This document shows, piece by piece, positions 42,301 to 57,104 of a stretch of DNA of 64,000 bases. Below the pieces are notes generated by a model. That model ran no database searches. It saw only the letters and a program-made list of their open reading frames with translations, and had not been told where the DNA came from. The stretch's first letter is position 1. The number at the start of each line of letters is the position of its first letter. The stretch covers positions 45,632,001-45,696,000 of the forward strand of contig OZ024744.1 of the NCBI GenBank assembly GCA_964016885.1. The letters are read 5' to 3'. Both the position numbers and the translations under genes were made by a program. This DNA comes from Eledone cirrhosa. Lineage: Eukaryota.

Positions 42301-45300
42301 ACGTTGCTGACGATAGCTAATAAGCTTGAAACTAGTACAGCGTTTCTTTGTCAGTGTTGAACAAACGAGCAACGATGCTTGCTGGACACTACGGCTTAAT
42401 ACGGGATGTTTGTTTACAAACACAGCGAGCATTATAATAAATGTTCGGTGAATCCATACGTACATATATATATGTGTGCATGTATGTATATATATATATA
42501 CATACTACTGTACGTCTGTATACATATATGTATGTACGTGTGCATACTTATATTTAAGTAACAGCCGTACTAAGAGTGGGAAATGAAATTTCGTTTCATT
42601 TTTTCCGTTTCTCGTTTTCGTTGCACCCGGCCGATTAAACCAATCGATATGCAAATATGTGCTACTCATCCGTTAATATGCATAAGGTAAGTATATACGT
42701 TCAACAATCTGGCAGGAAGGTATACGTTACTGACGATAGCTAATAAGCTTGAAACTAGTACAGCGTTCCAGTGTCAGTGTTGAACAAACGAGCAACGATG
42801 CTTGCTGGACACTACGGCTTAATACGGGATGTTTGTTTACAAACACACCGAGCATTATAATTAATGTTCGGTGAATACATACGTACATATATATATATAT
42901 GTGTGCATGTATGTATATATATATATAAATTCTACTGTATGTCTGTATACATATAGGTATGTACGTGTACATACTTATATTTAAGTAACAGCCGTACTAA
43001 GAGTGGGAAATGAAAATTTCGTTTCATTTTTTCCGTTAATCGTTTTCGGTGCACCCGGCCGATTAACCCACTCGATATACAAATTGGGCTACTCAGCCGT
43101 TACTATGCATAAGGTAAGTATATAAGGTCAACAATCTGGCAGGATGGTATACGTTGCTGACGATAGCTAATAAGTTTGAAACTAGTACAGCGTTTCTTTG
43201 TCAGTGTTGAACAAACGAGCAACGATGCTTGCTGGACACTACGGCTTAATACGGGATGTTTGTTTACAAACACATCGAGCATGATAATAAATGTTCGGTG
43301 AATCCATACGTACATATATATATATGTGTGCATGTATGTATATATATATGCATACTACTGTACGTCTGTATACATATATGTATGTACGCGTATATACTTA
43401 TATTTAAGTAAGAGCCGTACTAAGAGTGAGAAAGCAAATTTCGTTTCATTTTTTCCGTTTATCGTTTTCGGTGCACCCGGCCGATTAACCCACTCGATAT
43501 ACAAATTGGGCTACTCAGCCGTTACTATGCATAAGGTAAGTATATAAGTTCAACAATCTGGCAGGAAGGTATACGTTGCTGACGATAACTAATAAGCTTG
43601 AAACTAGTACAGCGTTCCTTTGTCAGTGTTGAACAAATGATGCAACGATGGTTGCTGGATACTACGGCTTAATACGGGATGTTTGTTTACAAACACATCG
43701 AGCATGATAATAAATGTTCGGTGAATCCATACGTACATATATATATATGTGTGCATGTATGTATATATATATACATACTACTGTACGTCTGTATACATAT
43801 ATGTATGTACGCGTATATACTTATATTTAAGTAAGAGCCGTACGAAGAGTGAGAAAGCAAATTTCGTTTCATTTTTTCCGTTTATCGTTTTCGGTGCACC
43901 CGGTCGATTAACCCACTCGATATGCAAATTGGGCTACTCAGCCGTTAATATGCATAAGGTAAGTATATACGTTCAACAATCTGGCAGGAAGGTATACGTT
44001 TCTGACGATAGCTAATAAGTTTGAAACTAGTACAGCGTTTCTTTGTCAGTGTTGAACAAACGAGCAACGATGCTTGCTGGACACTACGGCTTAATACGGG
44101 ATGTTTGTTTACAAACACAGCGAGCATTATAATAAATGTTCGGTGAATCCATACGTACATATATATATGTGTGCATGTATGTATATATATATACATACTA
44201 CTGTACGTCTGTATACATATATGTATGTACGTGTGCATACTTATATTTAAGTAACAGCCGTACTAAGAGTGGGAAATGAAATTTCGTTTCATTTTTTCCG
44301 TTTCTCGTTTTCGTTGCACCCGGCCGATTAAACCAATCGATATGCAAATATGTGCTACTCATCCGTTAATATGCATAAGGTAAGTATATACGTTCAACAA
44401 TCTGGCAGGAAGGCATACGTTACTGACGATAGCTAATAAGCTTGAAACTAGTACAGCGTTCCATTGTCAGTGTTGAACAAACGAGCAACGATGCTTGCTG
44501 GACACTACGCCTTAATACGGGATGTTTGTTTACAAACACACCGAGCATTATAATAAATGTTCGGTGAATCCATACGTATATATATATGTATGTGCATGTA
44601 TGTATATATATATATATATACATACTACTGTACGTCTGTATCCATATATGTATGTACGTGTACATTCTTATATTTAGGTAACAGCCGTACTAAGAGTTTG
44701 AAATGAAATTTCGTTTCATTTGTTCCATTTACCGTTGTCGGTGCACCCGTACGATTAACCCACTCGATATGCAAATTGGGCTACTCAGCCGTTAATATGC
44801 ATAAGGTAAATATATACGTTCAACAATCTGGCAGGAAGGTATACGTTGCTGACGATAGCTAATAAGCTTGAAACTAGTACAGCGTTCCTTTGTCAGTGTT
44901 GAACAAACGAGCAACGATGGTTTCTGGACACTACGGATTAATACGTGATGTTTGTTTACAAACACAGCGAGCATTATAATAAATGTTCGGTGAATCCATA
45001 CGTACATATATATATGTGTGCATGTATGTATATATATATACATACTACTGTACGTCTGTATACATATATGTATGTACGTGTGCATACTTATATTTAAGTA
45101 ACAGCCGTACTAAGAGTGGGAAATGAAATTTCGTTTCATTTTTTCCGTTTCTCGTTTTCGTTGCACCCGGCCGATTAAACCAATCGATATGCAAATATGT
45201 GCTACTCATCCGTTAATATGCATAAGGTAAGTATATACGTTCAACAATCTGGCAGGAAGGTATACGTTACTGACGATAGCTAATAAGCTTGAAACTAGTA

Positions 45301-48300
45301 CAGCGTTCCAGTGTCAGTGTTGAACAAACGAGCAACGATGCTTGCTGGACACTACGGCTTAATACGGGATGTTTGTTTACAAACACACCGAGCATTATAA
45401 TTAATGTTCGGTGAATACATACGTACATATATATATATATGTGTGCATGTATGTATATATATATATAAATTCTACTGTATGTCTGTATACATATAGGTAT
45501 GTACGTGTACATACTTATATTTAAGTAACAGCCGTACTAAGAGTGGGAAATGAAAATTTCGTTTCATTTTTTCCGTTAATCGTTTTCGGTGCACCCGGCC
45601 GATTAACCCACTCGATATACAAATTGGGCTACTCAGCCGTTACTATGCATAAGGTAAGTATATAAGGTCAACAATCTGGCAGGATGGTATACGTTGCTGA
45701 CGATAGCTAATAAGTTTGAAACTAGTACAGCGTTCCTTTGTCAGTGTTGAACAAACGAGCAACGATGCTTGCTGGATACTACGGCTTAATACGGGATGTT
45801 TGTTTACAAACACATCGAGCATGATAATAAATGTTCGGTGAATCCATACGTACATATATATATATGTGTGCATGTATGTATATATATATACATACTACTG
45901 TACGTCTGTATACATATATGTATGTACGCGTATATACTTATATTTAAGTAAGAGCCGTACGAAGAGTGAGAAAGCAAATTTCGTTTCATTTTTTCCGTTT
46001 ATCGTTTTCGGTGCACCCGGTCGATTAACCCACTCGATATGCAAATTGGGCTACTCAGCCGTTAATATGCATAAGGTAAGTATATACGTTCAACAATCTG
46101 GCAGGAAGGTATACGTTTCTGACGATAGCTAATAAGTTTGAAACTAGTACAGCGTTTCTTTGTCAGTGTTGAACAAACGAGCAACGATGCTTGCTGGACA
46201 CTACGGCTTAATACGGGATGTTTGTTTACAAACACAGCGAGCATTATAATAAATGTTCGGTGAATCCATACGTACATATATATATGTGTGCATGTATGTA
46301 TATATATATACATACTACTGTACGTCTGTATACATATATGTATGTACGTGTGCATACTTATATTTAAGTAACAGCCGTACTAAGAGTGGGAAATGAAATT
46401 TCGTTTCATTTTTTCCGTTTCTCGTTTTCGTTGCACCCGGCCGATTAAACCAATCGATATGCAAATATGTGCTACTCATCCGTTAATATGCATAAGGTAA
46501 GTATATACGTTCAACAATCTGGCAGGAAGGTATACGTTACTGACGATAGCTAATAAGCTTGAAACTAGTACAGCGTTCCAGTGTCAGTGTTGAACAAACG
46601 AGCAACGATGCTTGCTGGACACTACGGCTTAATACGGGATGTTTGTTTACAAACACACCGAGCATTATAATTAATGTTCGGTGAATACATACGTACATAT
46701 ATATATATATGTGTGCATGTATGTATATATATATATAAATTCTACTGTATGTCTGTATACATATATGTATGTACGTGTACATACTTATATTTAAGTAACA
46801 GCCGTACTAAGAGTGGGAAATGAAAATTTCGTTTCATTTTTTCCGTTAATCGTTTTCGGTGCACCCGGCCGATTAACCCACTCGATATACAAATTGGGCT
46901 ACTCAGCCGTTACTATGCATAAGGTAAGTATATAAGGTCAACAATCTGGCAGGATGGTATACGTTGCTGACGATAGCTAATAAGTTTGAAACTAGTACAG
47001 CGTTCCTTTGTCAGTGTTGAACAAACGAGCAACGATGCTTGCTGGATACTACGGCTTAATACGGGATGTTTGTTTACAAACACATCGAGCATGATAATAA
47101 ATGTTCGGTGAATCCATACGTACATATATATATATGTGTGCATGTATGTATATATATATACATACTACTGTACGTCTGTATACATATATGTATGTACGCG
47201 TATATACTTATATTTAAGTAAGAGCCGTACGAAGAGTGAGAAAGCAAATTTCGTTTCATTTTTTCCGTTTATCGTTTTCGGTGCACCCGGTCGATTAACC
47301 CACTCGATATGCAAATTGGGCTACTCAGCCGTTAATATGCATAAGGTAAGTATATACGTTCAACAATCTGGCAGGAAGGTATACGTTTCTGACGATAGCT
47401 AATAAGTTTGAAACTAGTACAGCGTTTCTTTGTCAGTGTTGAACAAACGAGCAACGATGCTTGCTGGACACTACGGCTTAATACGGGATGTTTGTTTACA
47501 AACACAGCGAGCATTATAATAAATGTTCGGTGAATCCATACGTACATATATATATGTGTGCATGTATGTATATATATATACATACTACTGTACGTCTGTA
47601 TACATATATGTATGTACGTGTGCATACTTATATTTAAGTAACAGCCGTACTAAGAGTGGGAAATGAAATTTCGTTTCATTTTTTCCGTTTCTCGTTTTCG
47701 TTGCACCCGGCCGATTAAACCAATCGATATGCAAATATGTGCTACTCATCCGTTAATATGCATAAGGTAAGTATATACGTTCAACAATCTGGCAGGAAGG
47801 CATACGTTACTGACGATAGCTAATAAGCTTGAAACTAGTACAGCGTTCCGTTGTCAGTGTTGAACAAACGAGCAACGATGCTTGCTGGACACTACGTCTT
47901 AATACGGGATGTTTGTTTACAAACACACCGAGCATTATAATAAATGTTCGGTGAATCCATACGTACATATATATATGTGTGCATGTATGTATATATATAT
48001 ACATACTACTGTACGTCTGTATTCATATATGTATGTACGTGTGCATACTTATATTTAAGTAACAGCCGTACAAAGAGTGGGAAATGAAATTTCGTTTCAT
48101 TTTTTCCGTTTCTCGTTTTCGTTGCACCCGGCCGATTAAACCAATCGATATGCAAATATGTGCTACTCATCCGTTAATATGCATAAGGTAAGTATATACG
48201 TTCAACAATCTGGCAGGAAAGTATACGTTACTGACGATAGCTAATAAGCTTGAAACTAGTACAGCGTTCCATTGTCAGTGTTGAACAAACGAGCAACGAT

Positions 48301-51300
48301 GCTTGCTGGACACTACGGCTTAATACGGGATGTTTGTTTACAAACAGACCGAGCATTATAATAAATGTTCGGTGAATCCATACGTATATATATATATGTG
48401 TGCATGTATGTATATATATATATATACATACTACTGTACGTCTGTATCCATATATGTATGTACGTGTACATTCTTATATTTAAGTAACAGCCGTACTAAG
48501 AGTTTGAAATGAAATTTCGTTTCATTTGTTCCATTTATCGTTGTCGGTACACCCGTACGATTAACCCACTCGATATGCAAATTGGGATACTCAGCCGTTA
48601 ATATGCATAAGGTAAATATATACGTTCAACAATCTGGCAGGAAGGTATACGTTGCTGACGATAGCTAATAAGCTTGAAACTAATACCGCGTTCCTTTGTC
48701 AGTGTTGAACAAACGAGCAACGATGGTTTCTGGACACTACGGATTAATACGTGATGTTTGTTTACAAACACACCGAGCATTATAATTAATGTTCGGTGAA
48801 TCCATACGTACATTTATATATGTGTGCATGTATGTATATATATATATACATACTACTGTACGTCTGTATACATATATGTATGTGCGCGTAGATACTTATA
48901 TTTAAGTAACAGCCGTACTAAGAGTGGGAAATGAAATTTCGTTTCATTTTTTCAGTTTATCGTTTTCGGTGCAGCCGGCCGATTAATCCATTCTATATGC
49001 AAATTGGGCTACTCAGCCGTTACTATGCATAAGGTAAGTATATACGTTTAACAATCTGGCAGGAAGGTACACGTTGCTGACGATAGCTAATAAGCTTGAA
49101 ACTAGTACAGCGTTTCTTTGTTAGGGATTAACAAACGAGCAACGATGGTTGCTAGACACTACGGCTTAATACGGGATGTTTGTTTACAAACACACCGAGC
49201 ATTATTATAAATGTTCGGTGAATCCATACGTACATATATATATGTGTGCATGTATGTATATATATATAAATTCTACTGTATGTCTGTATACATATATGTA
49301 TGTACGTGTACATACTTATATTTAAGTAACAGCCGTACTAAGAGTGGGAAATGAAAATTTCGTTTCATTTTTCCGTTTATCGTTTTCGGTGCACCTGGTC
49401 GATTAACCCACTCGATATGCAAATTGGGCTACTCAGCCGTTAATATGCATAAGGTAAGTATATACGTTCAACAATCTGGCAGGAAGGTATACGTTGCTGA
49501 CGATAGCTAATAAGTTTGAAACTAGTACAGCGTTTCTTTGTCAGTGTTGAACAAACGAGCAACGATGCTTGCTGGACACTACGGCTTAACACGGGATGTT
49601 TGTTTACAAACACAGCGAGCATTATAATAAATGTTCGGTGAATCCATACGTACATATATATATGTGTGCATGTATATATATATACATACTACTGTACGTC
49701 TGTATACATATATGTATGTACGTGTGCATACTTATATTTAAGTAACAGCCGTACTAAGAGTGGGAAATGAAATTTCGTTTCAATTTTTCCGTTTATTGTT
49801 TTCGGTATACCCGTCCGATTAACCCACTTGATATGCAAATTGGGCTACTCAGGCATTAATATGCATAAGGTAAGTATATACGTTCAACAATCTGGCAGGA
49901 AGGTATACGTTGCTGGCGATAGCTAATAAGCTTGAAACTAGTACAGCGTTTCTTTGTCAGTGTTGAATAAACGAGCAACAATGGTTGCTGTACACTACGG
50001 CTTAATACGGGATGTTTGTTTACAAACACAGTGAGCATTATAATAAATGTTCGGTGAATCCATACGTACATATATATATATGTGTGCATGTATTTATATA
50101 TATATATACATACTACTGTACGTCTGTATACATATATGTATGTACGTGTACATTCTTATATTTAAGTAACAGCCGTAGTAAGAGTGGGAGATGAAATTTC
50201 GTTTCATCTTTTCCGTTTATCGTTTTCGTTGCACCCGGCCGATTAACCCACTCGATATGCAAATTGGGCTACTCAGCCGTTAATATGCATAAGGTAAGTA
50301 TATACGTTCAACAATCTGGCAGGAGGGTATACGTTGCTGACGATAGCTAATAATCTTGAAACTAGTCCAGCGTTCCTTTGTCAGTGTTGAACAAACGAGC
50401 AACGATGGTTACTGGACACTACGGCTTAATACGGGATGTTTGTTTACAAACACACCGAGCATTTAAATAAATGTTCGGTGAATCCATACGTACATATATA
50501 TATGTGTGCATGTATGTATATATATATATATATACATACTATTCTACGTCTGTATACTTATATGTATGTAAGGGTACATACTTATATTTAAGTAACAGCC
50601 GTACTAAGAGTGGGAAATGAAATTTCGTTTTATTTTTTCCGTTTATCGTTTTCGTTGCACCCGGCCGATTAACCCACTCGATATGCAAATATGGGCTACT
50701 CATCGTTAATATGCATAAGGTAGAGTATATACGTTCAACAATGTGGTAAGAAGGTATACTTTGCTGACGATAGCTAATAAGCTTGAAACTAGTACAGCGT
50801 TTCTTTGTCAGTCTTGAACAAACGAGCAACGATGGTTGCTGGACACTACGGCTTAATAAGGGATGTTTGTTTACAAACACACCGAGCATTTAAATAAATG
50901 TTCGGTGAATCCATACGTACATATATATATGTGTGCATGTATGTATATATATATATACATACTACTCTACGTCTGTATACTTATATGTATGTACGTGTAC
51001 ATACTTATATTTAAGTAACAGCCATACTAAGAGTGGGAAATGAAATTTCGTTTCATTTTTTCCGTTTATCGTTTTCGTTGCACCCGGCCGATTAACCCAC
51101 ACGATATGCAAATTGGGTTACTCAGGCGTTAATATGCATAAGGTAAGTATATACGTTCAACAATGTGGTAAGAAGGTATACGTTGCTGACGATAGCTAAT
51201 AAGCTTGAAACTAGTACAGCGTTCCTTTGTCAGTGTTGAACAAACGAGCAACAATGGTTGCTGTACACTACGGCTTAATACGGGATGTTTGTTTACAAAC

Positions 51301-54300
51301 ACAGTGAGCATTATACTAAATGTTCGGTGAATCCATACGTACATATATATATGTGTGTGCATGTATGTATATATATATACATACTACTGTACGTCTGAAT
51401 ACATATATGTATGTACGTGTACATACTTATATTTAAGTAACAGCCGTACTAAGAGTGGGAAATGAAATTTCGTTTCATTTTTTCCGTTTATAGTTTTCGG
51501 TGCACCCGGCCGATTAACCCACTCGATATGCAAATTGGGCTATTCAGCCGTTATTATGCATAAGGTAAGTATATACTTTCAACAATCTGGCAGGGAGGTA
51601 TACGTTGCTGACGATAGCTAATAAGCTTGAAACTAGTACAGCGTTTCTTTGTTAGTGTTGAACAAACGACCAACAATGGTTGCTGTACACTACGGCTTAA
51701 TACGGGATGTTTGTTTACAAACACAGTGAGCAATATAATAAATGTTCGGTGAATCCATACGTACATATATATATGTGTGCATGTATGTATACATATATAC
51801 ATACTACTGCACGTCTGTATACATATATGTATGTACGTGTACATACTTATATTTAAGTAACAGCCGTACTAAGAGTGGGAAATGAAATTTCGTTTCATTT
51901 TTTACGTTTATCAATTTCGGATCACCTGGCCGATTAACCCACTCGATATGCAAATTGGGCTACTCAGCCGTTAATATGCATAAGGTAAGTATATATGTTC
52001 AACAATCTGGCAGGAAGGTATACATTGCTGACGATAGCTAATAAGCTTGAAACTAGTACAGCGTTCTTTTGTCAGTTTTGAACAAATGATGCAACGATGG
52101 TTACTGGACACTACGGCTTAATACGGGATGTTTGTTTACAAAGCCACCGAGCATTATAATAAATGTTCGGTGAATCCATACGTAGATATATATATGTGTG
52201 CATGTATGTATATATATATACATACTACTGTACGTCTGTATACATATATGTATCTACGCGTACATACTTTTATTTAAGTAACAGCAGTACTAAGAGTAGG
52301 AAATGAAATTTCCTTTCATTTTTACCGTTTATCGTTTTCGGTACACCCGGCCGATTAACCCACTCGATATGCAAATTGGGCTACTCAGGCGTTAATATGC
52401 ATAAGGTTAGTATATACGTTCAAAAATCTGGCAGGAAGGTATACGTTGCTGACGATATATAATAAGTTTGAAACTAGTACAGCGTTTCTTTGTCAGTGTT
52501 AAAACATCGGGCAACGATGTTTTCTGGACACTACGTCTTAATACGGGATGTTTGTTTACAAACACAGTGAGCATTATAATAAATGTTCGGTGAATCCATA
52601 CGTACATATATACATGTGTGTGCATGTATGTATATATATATACATACTACTGTACGTCTGTATACATATATGTATGTAAGTGTACATTCTTATATTTAAG
52701 TAACAGCCGTACTAAGAGTGGGAAATGAAATTTCGTATCATTTTTTCCGTTTATCGTTTTCGTTACACCCGGCCGATTAACCCACTCGATATGCAAATTG
52801 GCTACTCAGGCGTTAATATGCATAAGGTAAGTATATACGTTCAAAAATCGGGCAGGAAGGTATACGTTGCTGACGATATATAATAAGTTTGAAACTAGTA
52901 CAGCGTTTCTTTGTCAGTGTTAAAACATCGGGCAACGATGTTTTCTGGACACTACGTCTTAATACGGGATGTTTGTTTACAAACACAGTGAGCATTATAA
53001 TAAATGTTCGGTGAATCCATACGTACATATATACATGTGTGTGCATGTATGTATATATATATACATACTACTGTACGTCTGTATACATATATGTATGTAA
53101 GTGTACATTCTTATATTTAAGTAACAGCCGTACTAAGAGTGGGAAATGAAATTTCGTATCATTTTTTCCGTTTATCGTTTTCGTTACACCCGGCCGATTA
53201 ACCCACTCGATATGCAAATTGGCTACTCAGGCGTTAATATGCATAAGGTAAGTATATACGTTCAAAAATCTGGCAGGAAGGTATACGTTGCTGACGATAT
53301 ATAATAAGTTTGAAACTAGTACAGCGTTTCTTTGTCAGTGTTAAAACATCGGGCAACGATGTTTTCTGGACACTACGTCTTAATACGGGATGTTTGTTTA
53401 CAAACACAGTGAGCATTATAATAAATGTTCGGTGAATCCATACGTACATATATACATGTGTGTGCATGTATGTATATATATATACATACTACTGTACGTC
53501 TGTATACATATATGTATGTAAGTGTACATTCTTATATTTAAGTAACAGCCGTACTAAGAGTGGGAAATGAAATTTCGTATCATTTTTTCCGTTTATCGTT
53601 TTCGTTACACCCGGCCGATTAACCCACTCGATATGCAAATTGGCTACTCAGGCGTTAATATGCATAAGGTAAGTATATACGTTCAAAAATCGGGCAGGAA
53701 GGTATACGTTGCTGACGATAGCTAATATGTTTGAAACTAGTACAGCGTTTCTTTGTCAGTGTTAAACCATCGAGCAACGATGGTTTCTGGACACTACCGC
53801 TTAATACGGGATGTTTGTTTACAAACACACCGAGCAAAATAATAAATGTCCGGTGAATCCATACGTACATATATATATGTGTGTGTGCATGTATGTATAT
53901 ATATATACATACTACTGTACGTCTGTATACTTATATGTATGTACGTGTACATACTTATATTTAAGTAACAGCCGTACTAAGAGTGGGAAATGAAATTCCG
54001 TTTCATTTTTTCCGTTTATCGTTTTCGGTGCACCCGGCCGATTAACCCACTCGATATGCAAATTGGGCTACTCAGCCCTTAATATGCATAAGGTAAGTAT
54101 ATATGTTCAACAATCTGGCAGCACTGTATACGTTGCTGACGATAGCTAATAAGCTTGAAACTAGTACAGCGTTTCTTTGTCAGTGTTGAACCATCGAGCA
54201 ACGATGGTTTCTGGACACTACGGCTTAATACGGGATGTTTGTTTACAAACACAGTGAGCATTATAATAAATGTTCGGTGAATCCATACGTACATATATAT

Positions 54301-57017
54301 ATGTGTGCATGTATGTATATATATATACATACAACTGTACGTCTGAATACATATATGTATGTACCTGTACATACTTATATTTAAGTAACAGCCGTACTAA
54401 GAGTGGGAAATGGAATTTCGTTTCATTTTTTCCGTTTATAGTTTTCGGTGCACCCGGCCGATTAACCCACTCGATATGCAAATTGGGCTATTCAGCCGTT
54501 AATATGCATAAGGTAAGTATATACGTTCAACAATCTGGCAGGAAGGTATACGTTGCTGGCCATAGCTAATAAGCTTGAAACTAGTACAGCGTTGCTTTGT
54601 CAGTGTTGAATAAACGAGCAACAATGGTTGCTGTACACTAAGGCTTAATACGGGATGTTCGTTTACAAACACAGTGAGCATTATAATAAATGTTCGGTGA
54701 ATCCATACGTACATATATATATATGTGTGCATGTATGTATATATATATACATACTAGTGTACGTCTGAATACATATATGTATGTACGTGTACATACTTAT
54801 ATTTAAGTAACTGCCGTACGAAGAGTGGGAAATGAAATTTCGTTTCAATTTTCCTGTTTATCGTTTTCCGTATACTCGTCCGATGAACCAACTCGATATG
54901 CAAATTGGGCTAATCAGGCATAATATGCATAAGGTAAGTATATACGTTCAACAATCTGGCAGGAAGGTATACGTTGCTGACGATAACTAATAAGCTTGAA
55001 ACTAGTACAGCGTTCCTTTGTCAGTGTTGAACAAACGAGCAACGATGGTTTCTGGACACTACGGCTTAATACGGGATGTTTGTTTACAAACACAGTGAGC
55101 ATTATGATAAATGTTCGGTGAATCCATACATACATATATTTATGTGTGCATGTATGTATATATATATATACATACTACTGTACGTCTGTATATTTATATG
55201 TATGTACGTGTACATACTTATATTTAAGTAACGGCCGTACTAAGAGTGGCAAATGAAATTTCGTTTCATTTTTTCCATTTATCGTTTTCGTTGCACCCGA
55301 CCGATTAACCCACTCGATATGCAAATTGGGCTACTCAGCCGTTAATATGCATAAGGTAAGTATATACGTTCAACAATCTGGCAGGAAGGTATACGTTGCT
55401 GACGATAGCTAATAAGCTTGAAACTAGTACAGCGTTTCTTTGTCAGTGTTGAACCATCAAGCAACGATGGTTTCTGGACACTACGGCTTAATACGGGATG
55501 TTTGTTTACAAACACAGTGAGCAATATAATAACTGTTCGGTGAATCCATACGTACATATATATATGTGTGCATGTATGTATATATATATATACGTACTAC
55601 TGTACGTCTGTATACTTATATGTATGTACGTGTACATACTTATATGTAAGTAACAGCCGTACTAAGAGTGCGAAATGAAATTTCGTTTCATTTTTTCCGT
55701 TTATCGTTTTCGGTATACCCGTCCGATGAACCCACTCGATATGCAAATTGGGCTACTCAGCCGTTAATATGCATAAGGTAAGTATATATGTTCAACAATC
55801 TGGCAGGACTGTATACTTTGCTGACGATAGCTAATAAGCTTGAAACTAGTACAGCGTTTCTTTGTCAGTGTTGAACAAACGACCAACAATGGTTGCTGTA
55901 CACTACGGCTTAATACGGGATGTTTATTTACAAACACAGTGAGCAATATAATAAATGTTCGGTGAATCCATACGTACATATATATATGTGTGCATGTATG
56001 TATATATATATACATACTACTGTACGTCTGAATACATATATGTATGTACGTGTACATACTTATATTTAAGTAACAGCCGTACTAAGAGAGGGAAATGAAA
56101 TTTCGTTTCAATTTTTCCGTTTATCGTGCTCGGTATACTCGTCCGATTAACCCACTCGATATGCAAATTGGGCTACGTTCAAAAATCTGGCAGGAAGGTA
56201 TACGTTGCTGACGATAGCTAATAAGTTTGAAACTAGTACAGCGTTTCTTTGTCAGTGTTAAACCATCGAGCAACGATGGTTTCTGGACACTACGGCTTAA
56301 TACGGGATGTTTGTTTACAAACACACCGAGCATTATAATAAATGTTCGGTGAATCGATACGTACATATATATATGTGTGTGCATGTATGTATATATATAC
56401 ATACTACTGTACGTCTGTATACATATATGTATGTACGTGAACATTCTTATATTTAAGTAACAGCCGTAGTAAGAGTGGGAAATGAAATTTCGTTTCATTT
56501 TTTCCGTTTATCGTTTTCGGTGCACCCGGCCGACTAACCCACTCGATATGCAAATTGAGCTACTCAGCCGTTAATATGCATAAGGTAAGTATATATGTTC
56601 AACAATCTGGCAGGAAGGTATACGTTGCTGACGATAGCTAATAAGCTTGAAACTAGTACAGCGATCCTTTGTCAGTGTTGAACAAATGATGCAACGATGG
56701 TTACTGGACACTACGGCTTAATACGGGATGTTTGTTTACAAACCCACCGAGCATTATAATAAATGTTCGGTGAATCCATACGTACATATATATATGTGTG
56801 CATGTATGTATATATATATACATACTACTGTACGTCTGTATACATATATGTATGTACGCGTACATACTTTTATGTAAGTACCAGCAGTACTAAGAGTGGG
56901 AAATGAAATTTCGTTTCATTTTTTCCGTTTATCGTTTTCGGTGCACTCGGCCGATTAACCCACTCGATATGCAAATAGGGCTACTCAGCCGTTAATATGC
57001 ATAAGGTAAGTATATAC

Positions 57018-57104
57018 GTTCAACAATCTGGCAGGAAGGTATACGTTGCTGAGGATAGCTAATAAGCTTGAAACTAGTACAGCGTTCCTTTGTCAGTGTT
57101 GAAC
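57018..57104 (+). ncRNA. Last complete hammerhead ribozyme of the array
   Basis: GTTCAACAATCTGGCAGGAAGGTATACGTTG CTGAGGA TAGCTAATAAGCTT GAAA CTAGTA CAGCGTTCCTTTGTCAGTGTTGAAC; the only core change is at the variable position 7. Confidence 0.88.
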
